This document shows positions 1-12,362 of a stretch of 64,000 bases of DNA, in pieces. Within the stretch, counting starts at the first letter, position 1. Every line of letters begins with the position of its first letter. The notes beneath the pieces were generated by a model. The model was not told the DNA's origin and did no database searches. It saw nothing but the letters and a program-made list of their open reading frames with translations. The translations under genes and the position numbers were made by a program. The stretch covers positions 124,001-188,000 of the forward strand of contig JAWMAR010000283.1 of assembly GCA_036785375.1 (NCBI GenBank). The letters run 5' to 3'. The DNA is from Leucoraja ocellata. Taxonomy: Eukaryota.

Positions 1-1549
1 TGCCAACAGAATTGCATGCAGATGGTGTTTATACCATAAACTGGTAAACTGAAGTCCTATAAATTGTTGCCATTGTGTTAAGTGATTCTGCAGATTATTA
101 GTAACCATGCTGGCATAACCATACTGAGACAATAATACAGTCTGCACCGTGTAATAAGTCCCACTCAGTCCTGTTTATTCCAGCACAGCAGCATGCTCAC
201 TGGTTGATGATAATTAAGTACCAAATATACCATATTGTCTGGCTGCATAATCAAATAAAGGGAGGATAATATTGTTAGTATTAAGCCATTAATGTAATTG
301 GTTATGAAGCATAAAATATGTTATGTAATTAAATAGGCCAGAAATTATATGGCCTACATTAAGAATTACCCAAGCTGAGAAAATGCTGTTTCAAATACTG
401 TTTTAGGGAACGTTGTTTTCAACGTTCCATTTTGACTGCATTATAGAAATACTGTAAGAAGAAGGAAGGAAACTGACTGTAGCTGGTGCATCGTGGAAAC
501 CCCCGCAAAGATCATACGTGAAACTATAAGATCGTATTTTATATAACCTGAAACAATCCTGTTAGGTGACTGCAAGGAAAGTCATTTTATTGACAGTAGA
601 ATATACAACTTACAATACAAAAAGATTGAAGGCGATTTAATAACAAAATAATCTGCCACTCTTTTTAAATGTAAGCATTCGGCTCAGTGTGTGCAAGGAG
701 TTTCAGTTATTAAATAAACCTTATGGTCGGATGCCTCAACGATGTGATGTATTGGTGTTTGCTGTATCCGAATCCCTCAAACATCACATGCATTGGACAC
801 ACTCCATCTGATGGATTATTTAGACGGTAGCCAATCAGCTCCGCTGGCAATTCCATTCCTTCACTTGCAGTCATCTCTTAATATCTGCCACTGCTTCTTT
901 ATACAGTTTCCTGACTCTTTTTTTATATATATCTCACACAGGAGGTGATGGATATGCCTAAACGGGGGGGGGGGGGGGGGGGGGGGGGTGGAACCTCAAT
1001 GAGGAATGTGTTGTGTTACCAGTGCCATACATACATCCAGACTATAGATTGCAAACCGCAACATTTCATCTTTACATAAGATAATTCATGCATCGATCGT
1101 TTCCTGACAGATTTATGTCACTCAAAGGACAGTCTCACTTCTTGCTTTCATCGTTTCATGAAGCCTGGTTAATTTCTCTTAAGTCAATTGGGTGCCCCGA
1201 AGATGTTTCTTTTCCCTTAAACGTCCCGATTGTTCATTCACTGCTCGCGTTTTTATTCGCTGTGCTCCATAATTAAAACAAATGGCTTTGCAGACCTCAT
1301 TTGCACTGTGTATGGTAAATGAGCTAGTTGACCTTCTGCAGTTTGCGGGATAGGGTTGAATGTTCATGGGGCAAACTATTGCACTGGGCCTTTGTTGGAG
1401 CAGCATGCAAGTACGGGCAAGGCAAAAAAAAAATTGGAGGAATGGGTGGGTGGGAATTTTAAAAAAATGTAACTACAGTAATAGATAGAATAAACAGCCC
1501 GGTCGTACTTACTTCCCCGGTGCTTTGCGATTGGTAAACTAGATGAAGG

Positions 1550-1645
<96 letters not shown>

Positions 1646-1913
1646 TCAGCAAGGTCGACTATTAGATAGTGAAAGAGACCCTTAAAAAAAAATTTTTTTT
1701 TTGTATTTTAGGATCCGTGGGGTGGACAAATTCCTCACAAATCTCTTGTCTGCAAGATTTGTTTCCCCATGGGTGCAAAGAAGACAGGCAAGGCAGGCAG
1801 CAGGCAAGGAGGAACCCCCTGTGATGATAGGGCATGAGAGGACATGTGGATGGGAGGGGGAGGGGAGGTGATGACGCTACACTTAGGGTGTGGGCCAAAT
1901 GCACTCAGCTTAC

Positions 1914-2024
1914 CAGCGGGCCGAATTCCCATATGTTGCTGGCCATCCAATACAAAGCTTCCCATTGGTTGGCCTTCTGGACTGTACGCCGCTCCTTGGC
2001 TTACTGAAGGATCAAGAAGAAAAC
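1914..2024 (-). CDS. MEIS2: MEIS2 exon 11 (111 nt; 90 nt from the internal acceptor at 2003)
   Basis: aatcag|GTTTTCTTCTTGATCCTTCAG|TAAGCCAAGGA...CCCGCTG|gtaagc translates [38 protein letters not shown], which matches MEIS2 rather than MEIS1/MEIS3. Partly seen in ORF 1735..1965. Confidence 0.97.
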
Positions 2025-3541
2025 CTGATTGTAGTCAAACGCGGACACAGAGGAGAAAGAAAAGACATACCAAACAATCAGCAGTTACTCCTGAAACAGC
2101 AGACACAGTATGTTGTTGAACAAAACACATATACACGCAATTTTAAGAAATAAATCAAGCCTTCGTCCACCAACCCAACGACCCCCAGATTTAAACATTC
2201 CCAGCCGCAACAAAACATATCAAAGGTGCATGCAACTTTATATCGCAAAAGCAGAAACAATGGAGTGCTCCAAAGTACAGTTCCTCTCTCAGTGCCTAGA
2301 AGATCTGAAAACTTATTTTGTCCAAGAATGAGGTATTCCTCTGCTTGTGCAACCAATGTCACTTAAATTAAAGATTACTTAGTCGGGTATTGTGCCCTGA
2401 TTGTCCCATGATAATTAACTGTGACTATTGGCTACACCTTCTCTAATTGCACTCTAAGCATGAAGACACCCAGCCAAACATTTAATGGATTCATTCAATC
2501 AATACTATCAAATTACATAAAACTAAGAATAGTGTTATGAACGGCATGCAATTTATGATGATTAAAAATAAATTACACAGGCAGTTCCTTAAGTCCTTAA
2601 TTTATTAAATGCATGCTGCAGTGTGGGTCTGACATTTATAGATCAGATTGATGGGATCAGGGAATTTCACAGCGAAAGGGAAGGCCATTCAGCCCACTAT
2701 GCTTGTGGCAGCTCCCTATCTGTACCTCTATATCTTCATGGGTTTTCGTTTTAAGCTTTAAAGCTGTAGCTTGAGGTGACTTCTCTCAATTTAGGCAAGG
2801 AAGGTGACACTAAAAAATATTTTCCAGAGCTTGAGAATAGGGGAGAAAAATGAAAAAGAAAACAGCCAAGCCTACCAGTCTCAGTTTCTTTCCAATATGC
2901 TGTTCTTGATTGTATGTAAGTAATGATTTGGGGAAATGAAAGCATTGGGTTTTGGCAGCTATGCCTCTCCCACGCATGAAGACATGAACTCGGGCAAGGT
3001 ACTCAGAAGGCACCTGTAGACCCAAATCCCAGTTAGTCAGTGCCTTCAGCAGAGTGGGAGAGGAAATGTTCCTCGCGCTAGCTAGGATTGACTGAGTTTT
3101 GTTATGCAGCATTGACAATACCCTGACAAATCAAACCAAATTTCTCTCTGGCTGTCACAAAAATCCAGACGTTAGCTCTTGCCCAAACTACTCTGTGCAC
3201 ACCACGGTATCATTCCTGATCCCCAAGAAGCACGTTTGACAAGTTGTACACAATTCACAGAAATAAAAAGCACTTTACATATTGAAGTAAAGCAGCGGGT
3301 GCAAATCAACATCAAATCAAAGCAGTGTGAGTGACAATAAAAGGCTTCAATAAAGCTTCTGGCAAACCAACACAGAAGCATACAACTCCATGGTCGGCAC
3401 AACATGCTTGTAGATTCAATTTTGTGTATAAGCCAAATTAGAGCAAAACTGTCCCAGACTGAAATTAAACATTTTTTATCATGGGATTAACAGAATCTAA
3501 AAAGAACATAATTTTACCCTGGTTATTTAGGTGGTTATTTC

Positions 3542-3853
3542 GTTTAGTTTAGTTTAGAGATACAGCATGGAAACAGGCTCTTCGGCCCTCCAAGTCCATG
3601 CTGTCCAGCGATCCCCGCACGCTAACATTATCCTATGCACACTAGGGACAATTTACAATTTTACTGAAGCCAATTAACCTACAAACCAGTACGTCTATGG
3701 AGTGTGGGGGGAAACCAGAGAACCCGGAGAAAACCCATGCAGGTCACTGGGAAAACGTACAAGCTACGTACAGACAGTACCCGTTGACAGAATCGAACCC
3801 ATGCTTCTGGCGCTGTAAGGCAGCAACTCTACCGCTGAGCCTCAGTGACGCCT
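3542..3853 (-). mobile_element. HE1-type tRNA-derived V-SINE
   Basis: Reverse complement shows a tRNA-like head, V-domain (gggttttctccggg...ggtttcccccacactcca...aggttaattggc) and a LINE-type tail ending in (CTAAA)n. Confidence 0.85.
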
Positions 3854-4314
3854 CAGTTAGGGGCTATGTTTTCTGCCATGCATCAAGTGTGGCAATAGAG
3901 CAATAAAATGTATGATAGGGAACACTATGCAATACTCAAGCTTACTTTTTACTTTAGAATTACTAACTGGAGCAATATGTTTCAGAGGACTTTAACAGTA
4001 ATTATTTTAAGGGACCCACCGTTATTATTAACAGTAAAGCAAACAGAAGCCAGGGCATAATAACAGTGTGTTTACCTAGGAGCTGTGAGCAGTTAAGAAA
4101 GGCATCAGTGGCAGAAAGACAACCAGTGATTTCTGCTGTAACGGCACCCACTCAGTAAGTTATTTGTGGTGCGAAGATATTTGCCCAATTACCCTTATTA
4201 ACCAGAGATAAAAGCAGCCTTGGGAAAGTGAGGGTGGGGAATTCCAGTTGGCATCGGTTAGTGAGGTTTCTCCCTGCACCAGAATTCTGGATAGTTAGCT
4301 CTCCCAGATGGTGG

Positions 4315-4340
4315 CCTGCCTGCCTGCCTGCCTGCCTGCC
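4315..4340. repeat. (CCTG)n microsatellite
   Basis: About 6 CCTG units about 95 nt into the intron after exon 10. Confidence 0.9.
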
Positions 4341-4433
4341 GGGATTATTTACCAGGTGAAGGAACTCCTGATGAATAACTTGATGAAGATTTGTGCCTGC
4401 AGGACTTGAATACAGTTACTACTTGAGACTTGC

Positions 4434-4492
4434 CTGCTCGATTGGACTGGTCGATCATAGGTTGTACTATTCTTCTCCTGGCATTAATGAAC
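4434..4492 (-). CDS. MEIS2: MEIS2 exon 10 (59 nt), homeodomain helix 3
   Basis: tcttttag|GTTCATTAATGCCAGGAGAAGAATAGTACAACCTATGATCGACCAGTCCAATCGAGCAG|gcaagt translates (W)FINARRRIVQPMIDQSNRA(G). Too short for the ORF track; the donor is GC. Confidence 0.97.
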
Positions 4493-4951
4493 CTAAAAGA
4501 AAACAGTAAAAGGGTAGATTTTACTTCTCAATTAAACAAAAACAGAGTTGCTTTCTCCCCCCACCCCCATCCCACTCATTTTGATTTGTTGAAGGCACAG
4601 AAATAAAATCAGCTGTCCGTCGTGTCATCTCTTGATTTAAAGTCCTCTTACGGTCAACCATTTTAATATATTTAGTTGCCTGAGATGGAATGTCTGTCGG
4701 GGCAAAGAGGCACAAACATGGTAAAAGTTCATTGCTTCAACCCGGTTGCTTTCTTCCGAGAGTGGTTGTAACACCCCTTCCAGCTGTCCATAAATGAAGA
4801 CCAGGCTTTGCCACTCTCTGCTTTCACAAGGTATTGTTATGTCAGCAAGCCCATCAATTAGGTTGTCTGAAGTTTTATCACCACAGCAGCAAATAAGTGC
4901 TGGTACAGAAAGGCTCCTGCTTATTCGCAGCCCCTGCAGTTTTAGACTGTA

Positions 4952-4976
4952 AAGTCAAGGGGTCATTTGGAGGTTA
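4952..4976 (+). promoter_or_regulatory. Candidate composite DR2/DR5 nuclear-receptor element (RARE-like)
   Basis: AAGTCA-ag-GGGTCA-tttgg-AGGTTA in repeat-free DNA; two half-sites have one mismatch each. Confidence 0.45.
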
Positions 4977-6464
4977 GTGACTGGCAACGCTGACCTTTTC
5001 AACTGAGATTTCCACACCCAGGGCACAAAAAAAAAAGCAAATGCCCATCAGAACGAGGGGGGGTACTAAAAGACATGTGCTCAGAAAAACAGACAACTTT
5101 TTTCCACGAGTCCAAACATACACTTTTGATTTTATACTGAAAGATACATCTACGCTTATATATTTTGTCATTCTGGGAAATAAAAAGGTGGAAACGTATC
5201 CGAAATGGAGATGGGGCACCATGCGCTTCCATTAACGGCTTTAAAATTAATCCTCTTCTAGACAACCTACAGTTGCAGACTGTTATATATATTTTTAAAC
5301 GTTTAACAACCATTGTGCATCCAGCGCACCATCAAAGTGCCGCAGTTATGAAAAAATTGTGACAACCTTGTATTTTGTTTCTGATTTGACAAATCATGAT
5401 ACAGCTTGACGGTCTGTCACTATTACCAGAAAATTACCACATTCTTGTTCTTTACAAAAAAAGCCAGATAAAAATCGTTTCATAAAAGCTATTTGAAATT
5501 AATCATTGCAGGTCTGGTTTTAATTTAGCAGTCCCGCCTCCTAGCAGAAACTGCACTCACTCCACCTCTCGAAAAAAAAAACCCTCGTATTTCTTACTAT
5601 CTAAAATGTTCGCAAACTCTATGCAGGGGCCAAATGTTTGCATTTGAAATGAAGCCAAACTGCTCCACTGTCTTTTATGTCCAACTTAGTGCAAGAAACA
5701 CAACTCATGCGAATGGCATGTAACAAATGTCTCATGGCTGTGGAATTGGGGGATGGGGAGTAAAAAACAAGAATGAACCAGGAGCCCAAAAAAACATGAT
5801 TCCATGACTGATTTTTGATGCAAAATAGTCATAGACAAATAGCTTATTATTCTAAAGTAAACATTCTTATTTCAGAATGGACCTTCTAACTGAATTGTAA
5901 TAATCTTGCCAATGTTTTAGCAAGTGCATTATAAAATATTTTCTATCTATATACCGATTATTGAAGAGAAGAATCCTCTATAGATTTGCATTTTATCTTG
6001 TTGTCAAAAAATGTCACCCAACACAATTACTTGTCTTGCCTAAGCTCCAGTTGAAAAGCTGCTTCAGGCATTAAAACTAGCTAAGCAACTGAAGAAAGAG
6101 ATGTTCTTCAGGGAAATAGCGAGGGTCCTTTTAACAAGCAGCGCAGATATCATTAAATCAAATCATCAGTAAACAAACATCTGTTCGACAGTCAGAATGC
6201 ACAAAGTGACCCTGTGCAGAACGAGAGTGTTTCAGTTACGATTACCAGATCCAAACGAATTCAATTTACCTCATGTTCACACTTGCCATCAAACTGAATG
6301 GCGGTAAAGAACAAAGCAATATTAAGTTTGTGAGCAACCCCGGATATCTGCAAATATTTTTTTGACTTCAATCGATGGACTTTGAAGGCACATCTAAATG
6401 GAGATCATGTGCAAAGAAACAGATGGATCCAAACAAGTCCTCACTCTGGACATGAGGAAGATTT

Positions 6465-6765
6465 TTGAGTTTGAGTTTCATTTACTGTCACGTATGCCGA
6501 GGTACAGCGAAAAGCTTTTGTTGCATGCTAACCAGTCAGTGGAGAGACTATACATGATTACAACTGAGCCATCCACAGTGTACAGGTACATTATAAAAGG
6601 AATAAAGTTTAGTGCAAGATAAAATACAGTAAAGTCCGATCAAAGATAGTTGGAGGGTCTCGAATGAGGTAGATAGTAGCTCAGGACTGCTCTCTAGTTG
6701 TTGGTAGGATGGTTCAGTTGCCTGAAAACAGCTGGGGGGAAAAAATGTCCCTCAATTTATGGGAG
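6465..6765 (-). mobile_element. LINE 3' end, probably Rex1/Babar clade
   Basis: Same sequence recurs near 18790, 21815 and 32050; the minus strand ends ...aaagcttttcgctgtacctcggcatacgtgacagtaaa plus short repeats. Confidence 0.7.
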
Positions 6766-7376
6766 GTTTTGCGACAGGAATTTTCAAATGAAAACTCTTA
6801 AACAAGGCATTTGTTTTATTTTTGGCTGGGTGGAATTCAATTGTTGGCGGTTGTTAGACTCCCAATCAAAAGTTCCAAGTCTGAAAGCTGCCTTTAAACA
6901 AGGTTGAAGTGGTTGCTTGTTCTCGATGAGGCCAGTAGATGGAGCATTTGGCAAAAGCAGGGTATTTTCATCCATGTGGGCAGAAAAAGTGGAAGAATGG
7001 ACCGATCCACTACATTTTGACCAGTCACGGACCAGCAACAGCGGAGCCTAGTTTAGTCCTCTCAACCCTTGTCCGCCAGCAAAGATGCTGCAAAAAATTG
7101 CAAATGCCGACCGTGCCCAAGTTACAGCAGCATTCCCTTGCTGTGAAATGTTCGTAATCCGGACAGTTCACAGGTCGGAAAGATGGCCGCGATTCGCATT
7201 TCCACATAGCAACCCCTCGGCAACTGGCAAATCCAAGCCGCCGGTCTCCCAAAAGCTTGTCCGTACGTGAGGGCTATACTTGGGGGATCATAAGCTCAGA
7301 AGGACCTGTAGTGACGGACTGAGGAGGTAGCAGAGAGACAGACTTGGCCAACGTTCAATATAACATGAAGGTCTCG

Positions 7377-7565
7377 CAGTGGTTCTTAACCTAGGGGTCG
7401 GCACCCCCTATCGGGGTCGTTTGGGGCTTTGCCGGAGGTCATGAAGAGGACACAAATTTGTTGAGCCAATGTTTAGGAACCTAACAAAGGTACATATCAC
7501 ATACCACATACCAGTATTTTGTTCACGTATGTGCGTACTGGTGCCAAAAAGGTTAAGAACCACTG
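7377..7565. mobile_element. hAT (Charlie-like) MITE
   Basis: 16-bp TIR CAGTGGTTCTTAACCT ... AGGTTAAGAACCACTG; no intact 8-bp TSD. Confidence 0.75.
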
Positions 7566-7619
7566 CACATCTCATATGTGTATGTGACAAATAAACTTGA
7601 CTTGAACTTGACTTGAGTG

Positions 7620-8100
7620 AAGGAAGGAACTGCAGATGCTGGTTTACACCGACGATAGACACAAAAAGCTAGAATAACTCAGTGGGTCAGGCAGCATCTC
7701 TGGAGAAAAGGAACTGAACCACACTGGGCAGGTGCACCAGTGTCCTCTGAACAAGGGGGTGATAGGAAGTGGGAAGGGGGGGAGGGAGGTGGGGAGGAGT
7801 ATTGAGATGGATCAGATCCAATTGAAGCGGATCCAATGTTGACTTTCCGAGGAGAATTACATACTTCTGAAGAAGGCAAGAATTGCAGAAATACACGGAC
7901 AGAGAAGGGTGCAACTCTATCATAGTGTAACCAGTCAGGATGCTACTGCACTGCATGTTCCAGCAGTCTGAATAAGGGTCCCAATCTGAAATGTCACATA
8001 TCCATGTTCTCCATAGAAGCTGCCTGACCTGCTGAGTTACTCCAACACTTTGTGTTCCTTTGGTGTGAACCAGCATCTGCAGTTCCTTATTTCTGCATGT
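7620..8100. mobile_element. Penelope-derived foldback element
   Basis: Inverted arms ggaactgcagatgctgg...cagcatctctggagaa / ttctcca...cagcatctgcagttcc around a purine-rich interior. Confidence 0.7.
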
Positions 8101-8590
8101 TTCACTAACCTCTTGTTGAAAAAAAATCAAAAATAACTCTATATAAAATGGAAGCAGTTATCTCTCCCTTTTGTTTTACAACTGATGCCCTTGTTTTAAG
8201 ACCCGATATTCCTTTCCCCGGAATCACCTTTGCAATTAACTAGGAAATGGCCCCAAGTGAGTAGAAAGGGAGCACAATCTGCTCCTTGGCCATTGGTGAC
8301 TTTAGTTCCGGGTGTTGGGCTCAGAGAAACAGGGAGATTAAACCTGTCTCTTTAATATTCAGTGACACCAAATAGCTCTGGTGTAACTTGTGATACCAAA
8401 GCATTATCACAGCCCTTTGATTTATTCAGCATGCATCGTATCATTATAGATAATACCACCTGAACAGACTGAGCAAACTGTTATCAATAGAAGGTTACCT
8501 CCTCACATTCTTTCCAAACTGAGCCCAAGCTGACACTAAATGGTGTATATTTTGAACTCTGGGCTAAGATTCAAGTAACACAGCCATTAG

Positions 8591-8880
8591 ACTTTAGAGG
8601 TTTAGAGCAAAAACAGGCCCTTCGACCCACCGAGTCCACACCGACCAGTGATTACCCCATACACTAGCACTATCTGACACACTAGGGACAATTTACTATT
8701 TAACAAAGCTAATTAACCTACAAACCTGTACATCTTTGGAATGTGGGAGAATCCAGAGAAAACCCATGCAGTCACGGGGAGAATGGACAAACTCCGTACA
8801 GACAGCAGCAGTAGCCAAGATCAACCCCGGGTGTTTGGTGCTATACGGCAGCAACTACCGATGCGCCACTGTGTCACCCA
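8591..8880 (-). mobile_element. HE1-type V-SINE
   Basis: Similar to the other copies across head, V-domain and tail. Confidence 0.85.
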
Positions 8881-8954
8881 TCCACTGATGCTAAAAGATG
8901 TACATTTTGTACTCTGTGCTAAAATTCAAGTAACACAGTCATTAATGATTTTTT

Positions 8955-9515
8955 AAAAAGTGCTGCAGTAACTCAGTGGGACGGGCGGCATCTCTGCAGA
9001 TCATGGACAGGTGACGTTTTGGGTCAGGACCCTTCTTCAGACTGATTGGTGTGAGGAGGAGAAAGCTGAAAGAAAAGAGGGGACAGGAAAAAGTCTGGCA
9101 AGGGTGAATACTGGTTTAGATAGGCAGATGGATGAACGAAGACCAGCGATGAAAAGACAAAAAGCGCGAGTAAGGATAGAAGAGACACAATTGTGAAGCC
9201 AGACAAAAGAATATAGATGGAAGGGGATTGGAGGAGGGGGAGTAGAAATAGATGTGAATCTAGGTGGAGTACAGGAAAGAGAGGGGGTAAACAGGGAGGG
9301 GGGAGGGAGAAGTGAGGACGGTTCTTTGGAGGATTGTTACCTAAAATTAGGGAATGCATGATATCCTATGTGGCTGGGACAAAGATAATCTATCCCTCTG
9401 AAGAAGGGTCCCAACCTGAAACATCACCTATCCATGTTCTCCAGACTGACCCTCTGAGTTACTCCAGCACATTGTGTCTTTTTTGTAAACCAGCATTTGC
9501 AGTTCCTTGTTCCTG
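8955..9515. mobile_element. Penelope-derived foldback element with GA-rich interior
   Basis: Inverted arms with CTGAAGAAGGGT cores near 9030 (-) and 9398 (+); the interior carries a remnant of the Penelope ORF end on the minus strand near 9335-9378. Confidence 0.75.
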
Positions 9516-10014
9516 CACACTGTCCTTCCCTTTTCTTGACCTTTGACAGAATTGACACCATTTCCCTTTAACCCATGTTCAATCGAATTCCATTCTTGTA
9601 TCTCTATTTATAAGCAGAGGAACACCTATAATGATTGTGTGCCCACACTGTTACTTCCGTGACCTAAGTAGCTATTTTTGTTCTTCGCCTATTTCTTATA
9701 TACCCCCTGATGGCATCATCTGGAGGCAAGGGGTCTGTTTCCATGCATTCATTGAGAACAATCATCTCCTCCTCCTCACCCTTACCTCTCTTGCCTTTCA
9801 GTTATCAGTGCGGTTATCCAATATCCTGGATCACATCACAATTTCCTCCACCTCAATTTTCCGAGCTTTGAAGTCCATCTTTGACTCCAGTCGGAAAACT
9901 TTAATTCAGGCACTACCTGGACAATGTTTGCAATCATGATGCCTCTCGAGACGACTGTCCAGCTGCATCTTTGCCATCAACTAGACTAACTATTCCACCT
10001 CCTTAACACTCATG

Positions 10015-10245
10015 AAATCATAAGACATGCAAGCAGAATTAAGCCATTTGTTCGGCCCATCGAGTCTGCTCCACCATTCACTCATGGCTGATCTATTTTT
10101 CCCTCTCAACCCCATTCTCCTGCCTTCTCCCCGCAACCTTTGACGCCCTTACTAATCAGGAACCTGTCAATCTCCGCTCTAAAAATACCCAATGACTTGG
10201 CCTCCACTGCCGTCTGTAGCAATGTATTCAACAGAATTCACTGGT
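10015..10245 (-). mobile_element. CR1-type LINE 3' end
   Basis: cggcccatcgagtctgctccaccattca...ccctctcaaccccattctcctgccttctcccc tail shared with copies near 11395, 26210, 45005 and 63713. Confidence 0.8.
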
Positions 10246-10284
10246 CGACTCGATCTCTGCCTCAGCTCACTCACATTGTTCCTT

Positions 10285-10745
10285 AGAACATAGAACAGTA
10301 GAGCACAGAAACAAGCCCTAATCTCCTTGCCTGCACATAACTCATATCCGTCCATTACCTGCATATTCATCGGCCTATCCAAAAGCCTCTTAAACGCCAC
10401 TATTGTCTCTGCCTCTTCACCCCTGGCTGTACTTTCAGGACACCCACCACTCCTTGTGTAAAAAGCCTGCCCACACATTTCCTTTAACCATGTTCCCTCC
10501 CACCTTAAAAATATGCCGTCTAGTCTTTGACACTTCCATGCTGGGGAAAAAGGTTCTGACTATCTACCCTGTCCACTATACTGTATGCCACTCAGAATTT
10601 TATAAACTTCTATCAGGTCTCCCCTCAGCCTCCGATGCTCCAGAGAAAGCAAACCAAGTTTGTCCTATCAACCCTTATAGCTAATACCTTCCAATCCAGG
10701 TAGCACTCTGATAAACCTCTTCTGCACAGTCTTCAAAGCCTCATT
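10285..10745 (-). mobile_element. CR1-type LINE 3' fragment (second subfamily)
   Basis: Minus-strand ORF remnant EAETIVAFKRLLDRPMN is typical of the CR1 ORF2 C-terminus; ends ttctatgttcta. Confidence 0.75.
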
Positions 10746-10789
10746 TGTAACCTCGAATTGTAAACTTGAATATCACATTCCTGTCCATT

Positions 10790-11265
10790 ATTCCTTGTTC
10801 TAACCTCCAGAAATTAGTTCATCCAAAGTTCTATTACCTAATGTTGTCGTACAGACAAGTCCCGTTTGCTCAATATCCCTATTCAGGCATTAGCTCCTGG
10901 CTGTGCAATGCCTCAATTGTAAAGTTCTTATCCTTATATGCAAATTCTTCAATACCCTTAACCCTTCCTACATCTGTAATCTCATCCATTTCGAAAGTCC
11001 TATGATGAATGTGTGCTCTTTCAATTTTTGCCCCTTGGTCATCCCCAAACTTAATTGCTCCACAAATAGTTGTCATGCCTTCAACTGTCAATGCTCTAAG
11101 TTTTGAAATCCCTTGTGGAATCTATTGAGACCTTCCTTGAAACCTATATATGTGTTTGAACAAGCTTCTGGTATCTTGTTCTGGAGTCTCTCCCTAAGTT
11201 GTTAGGTCCTGTGAAGTGAATTGGAAATTTTGTTATGTGAAAGGTGCCATATATTGTTGCTGTTG
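10790..11265 (+). mobile_element. Old L2-like LINE 3' fragment
   Basis: Degenerate remnant KVLILICKFFNTLNPSYICNL resembles the L2 ORF2 C-terminus; tail-like gaaaggtgccatatattgttg. Confidence 0.5.
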
Positions 11266-11394
11266 CCTTTATTAACACAGGACATGCTTGAAGTTTTGAT
11301 TTGAAACAGCAGGAACAGTAAAGCACACTGGTGTGCGATTATCTGAAAGTTAGACCCGTGCTGTAAAATCCAACAGGTTTCTTGCATCTGAAGA

Positions 11395-11735
11395 GTTCAT
11401 AAATTCATAAATTATAGGAGCAGAATTAGGCCATTCGGCCCATCAAGTCTACTCCGCCATTCAATACTGGCTGATCTTTCTTTCCCTCTCAACCCCATTC
11501 TCTTGCCTTCTCCCCATAACCCCGGACACCCTTACTAATTAAGACTATGTCAATCTCTGACTGAAAAATATCCATTGATTTGGCCTCCACAGCCGTCTCT
11601 GGCAATTAATTCCACAGATTCACCACCCTCTGACTAAAGAAATTCCTCCTCATCTCCCTTCCAAAGGTATGTCCTTTTATTTGGAGGTTGTGGCCTCTGG
11701 TCCCAGACTGTCCCACTAGCGGAAACATATTGTCC
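11395..11735 (-). mobile_element. CR1-type LINE 3' end
   Basis: Similar to 26210-26555. Confidence 0.8.
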
Positions 11736-12362
11736 AGAGCTTCGGTCTTTAAAAAAATATTCTTTTATTTTATTGAGAAACGGTTATTTTTTTTTAGCAG
11801 GAAGAAGTTTTACTAGTGCTCAAAGAGTTGTAGGCATGGTATAAATAACACCTCCGATCTTGAGCATAGCAACCTTCTTCATGTACGAGACTCACTAGCA
11901 GGCTAATGTGTTGTGTCCCTTTGGGAGTTGATTCAAAGCTCTGTAGCCACACTCCCTTTTATCAATCAAAATATGGCCAATTGAGATTATCAGACCAGGC
12001 AGATAAGACTGTTTTCTCTCCTCCCAAGAGCCACTAATGGTGTGGGCACATGGGGAACAAAAAAACCCCTCCAGATGAGGAGCGCTTCATGTGCTCCTAT
12101 ATCACATCACTAAGTAATGCACCCTCTCCTCTCACCCTTCCCCCATTCATTTCTCCCTGGCGTACTCTGTGTAATGGGCTGGACTAAATTACTAGGTTTT
12201 TCTTTTTACCCCCAACCATTTTTATTATTTACATCTGGTAGTCTCCTTATTATAAAGTCTCTCTTGCTCCCCTTGTACACAATTGCACACAGAGCTGCAA
12301 ACCATTATAGTCCCTCTCAGCATGAGAACTTCATACTGTCTTCAAACAAATAATTACAGGCA

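Noticed and set aside
964-988. Poly-G tracts (also about 17180 and 51934) as G-quadruplex elements
   Set aside because: Simple homopolymers of unreliable length; no functional evidence.
1179-1406. 75-aa minus-strand ORF just after exon 12 as a possible terminal exon
   Set aside because: No similarity to the Pro/Met/His-rich MEIS2 long C-terminus.
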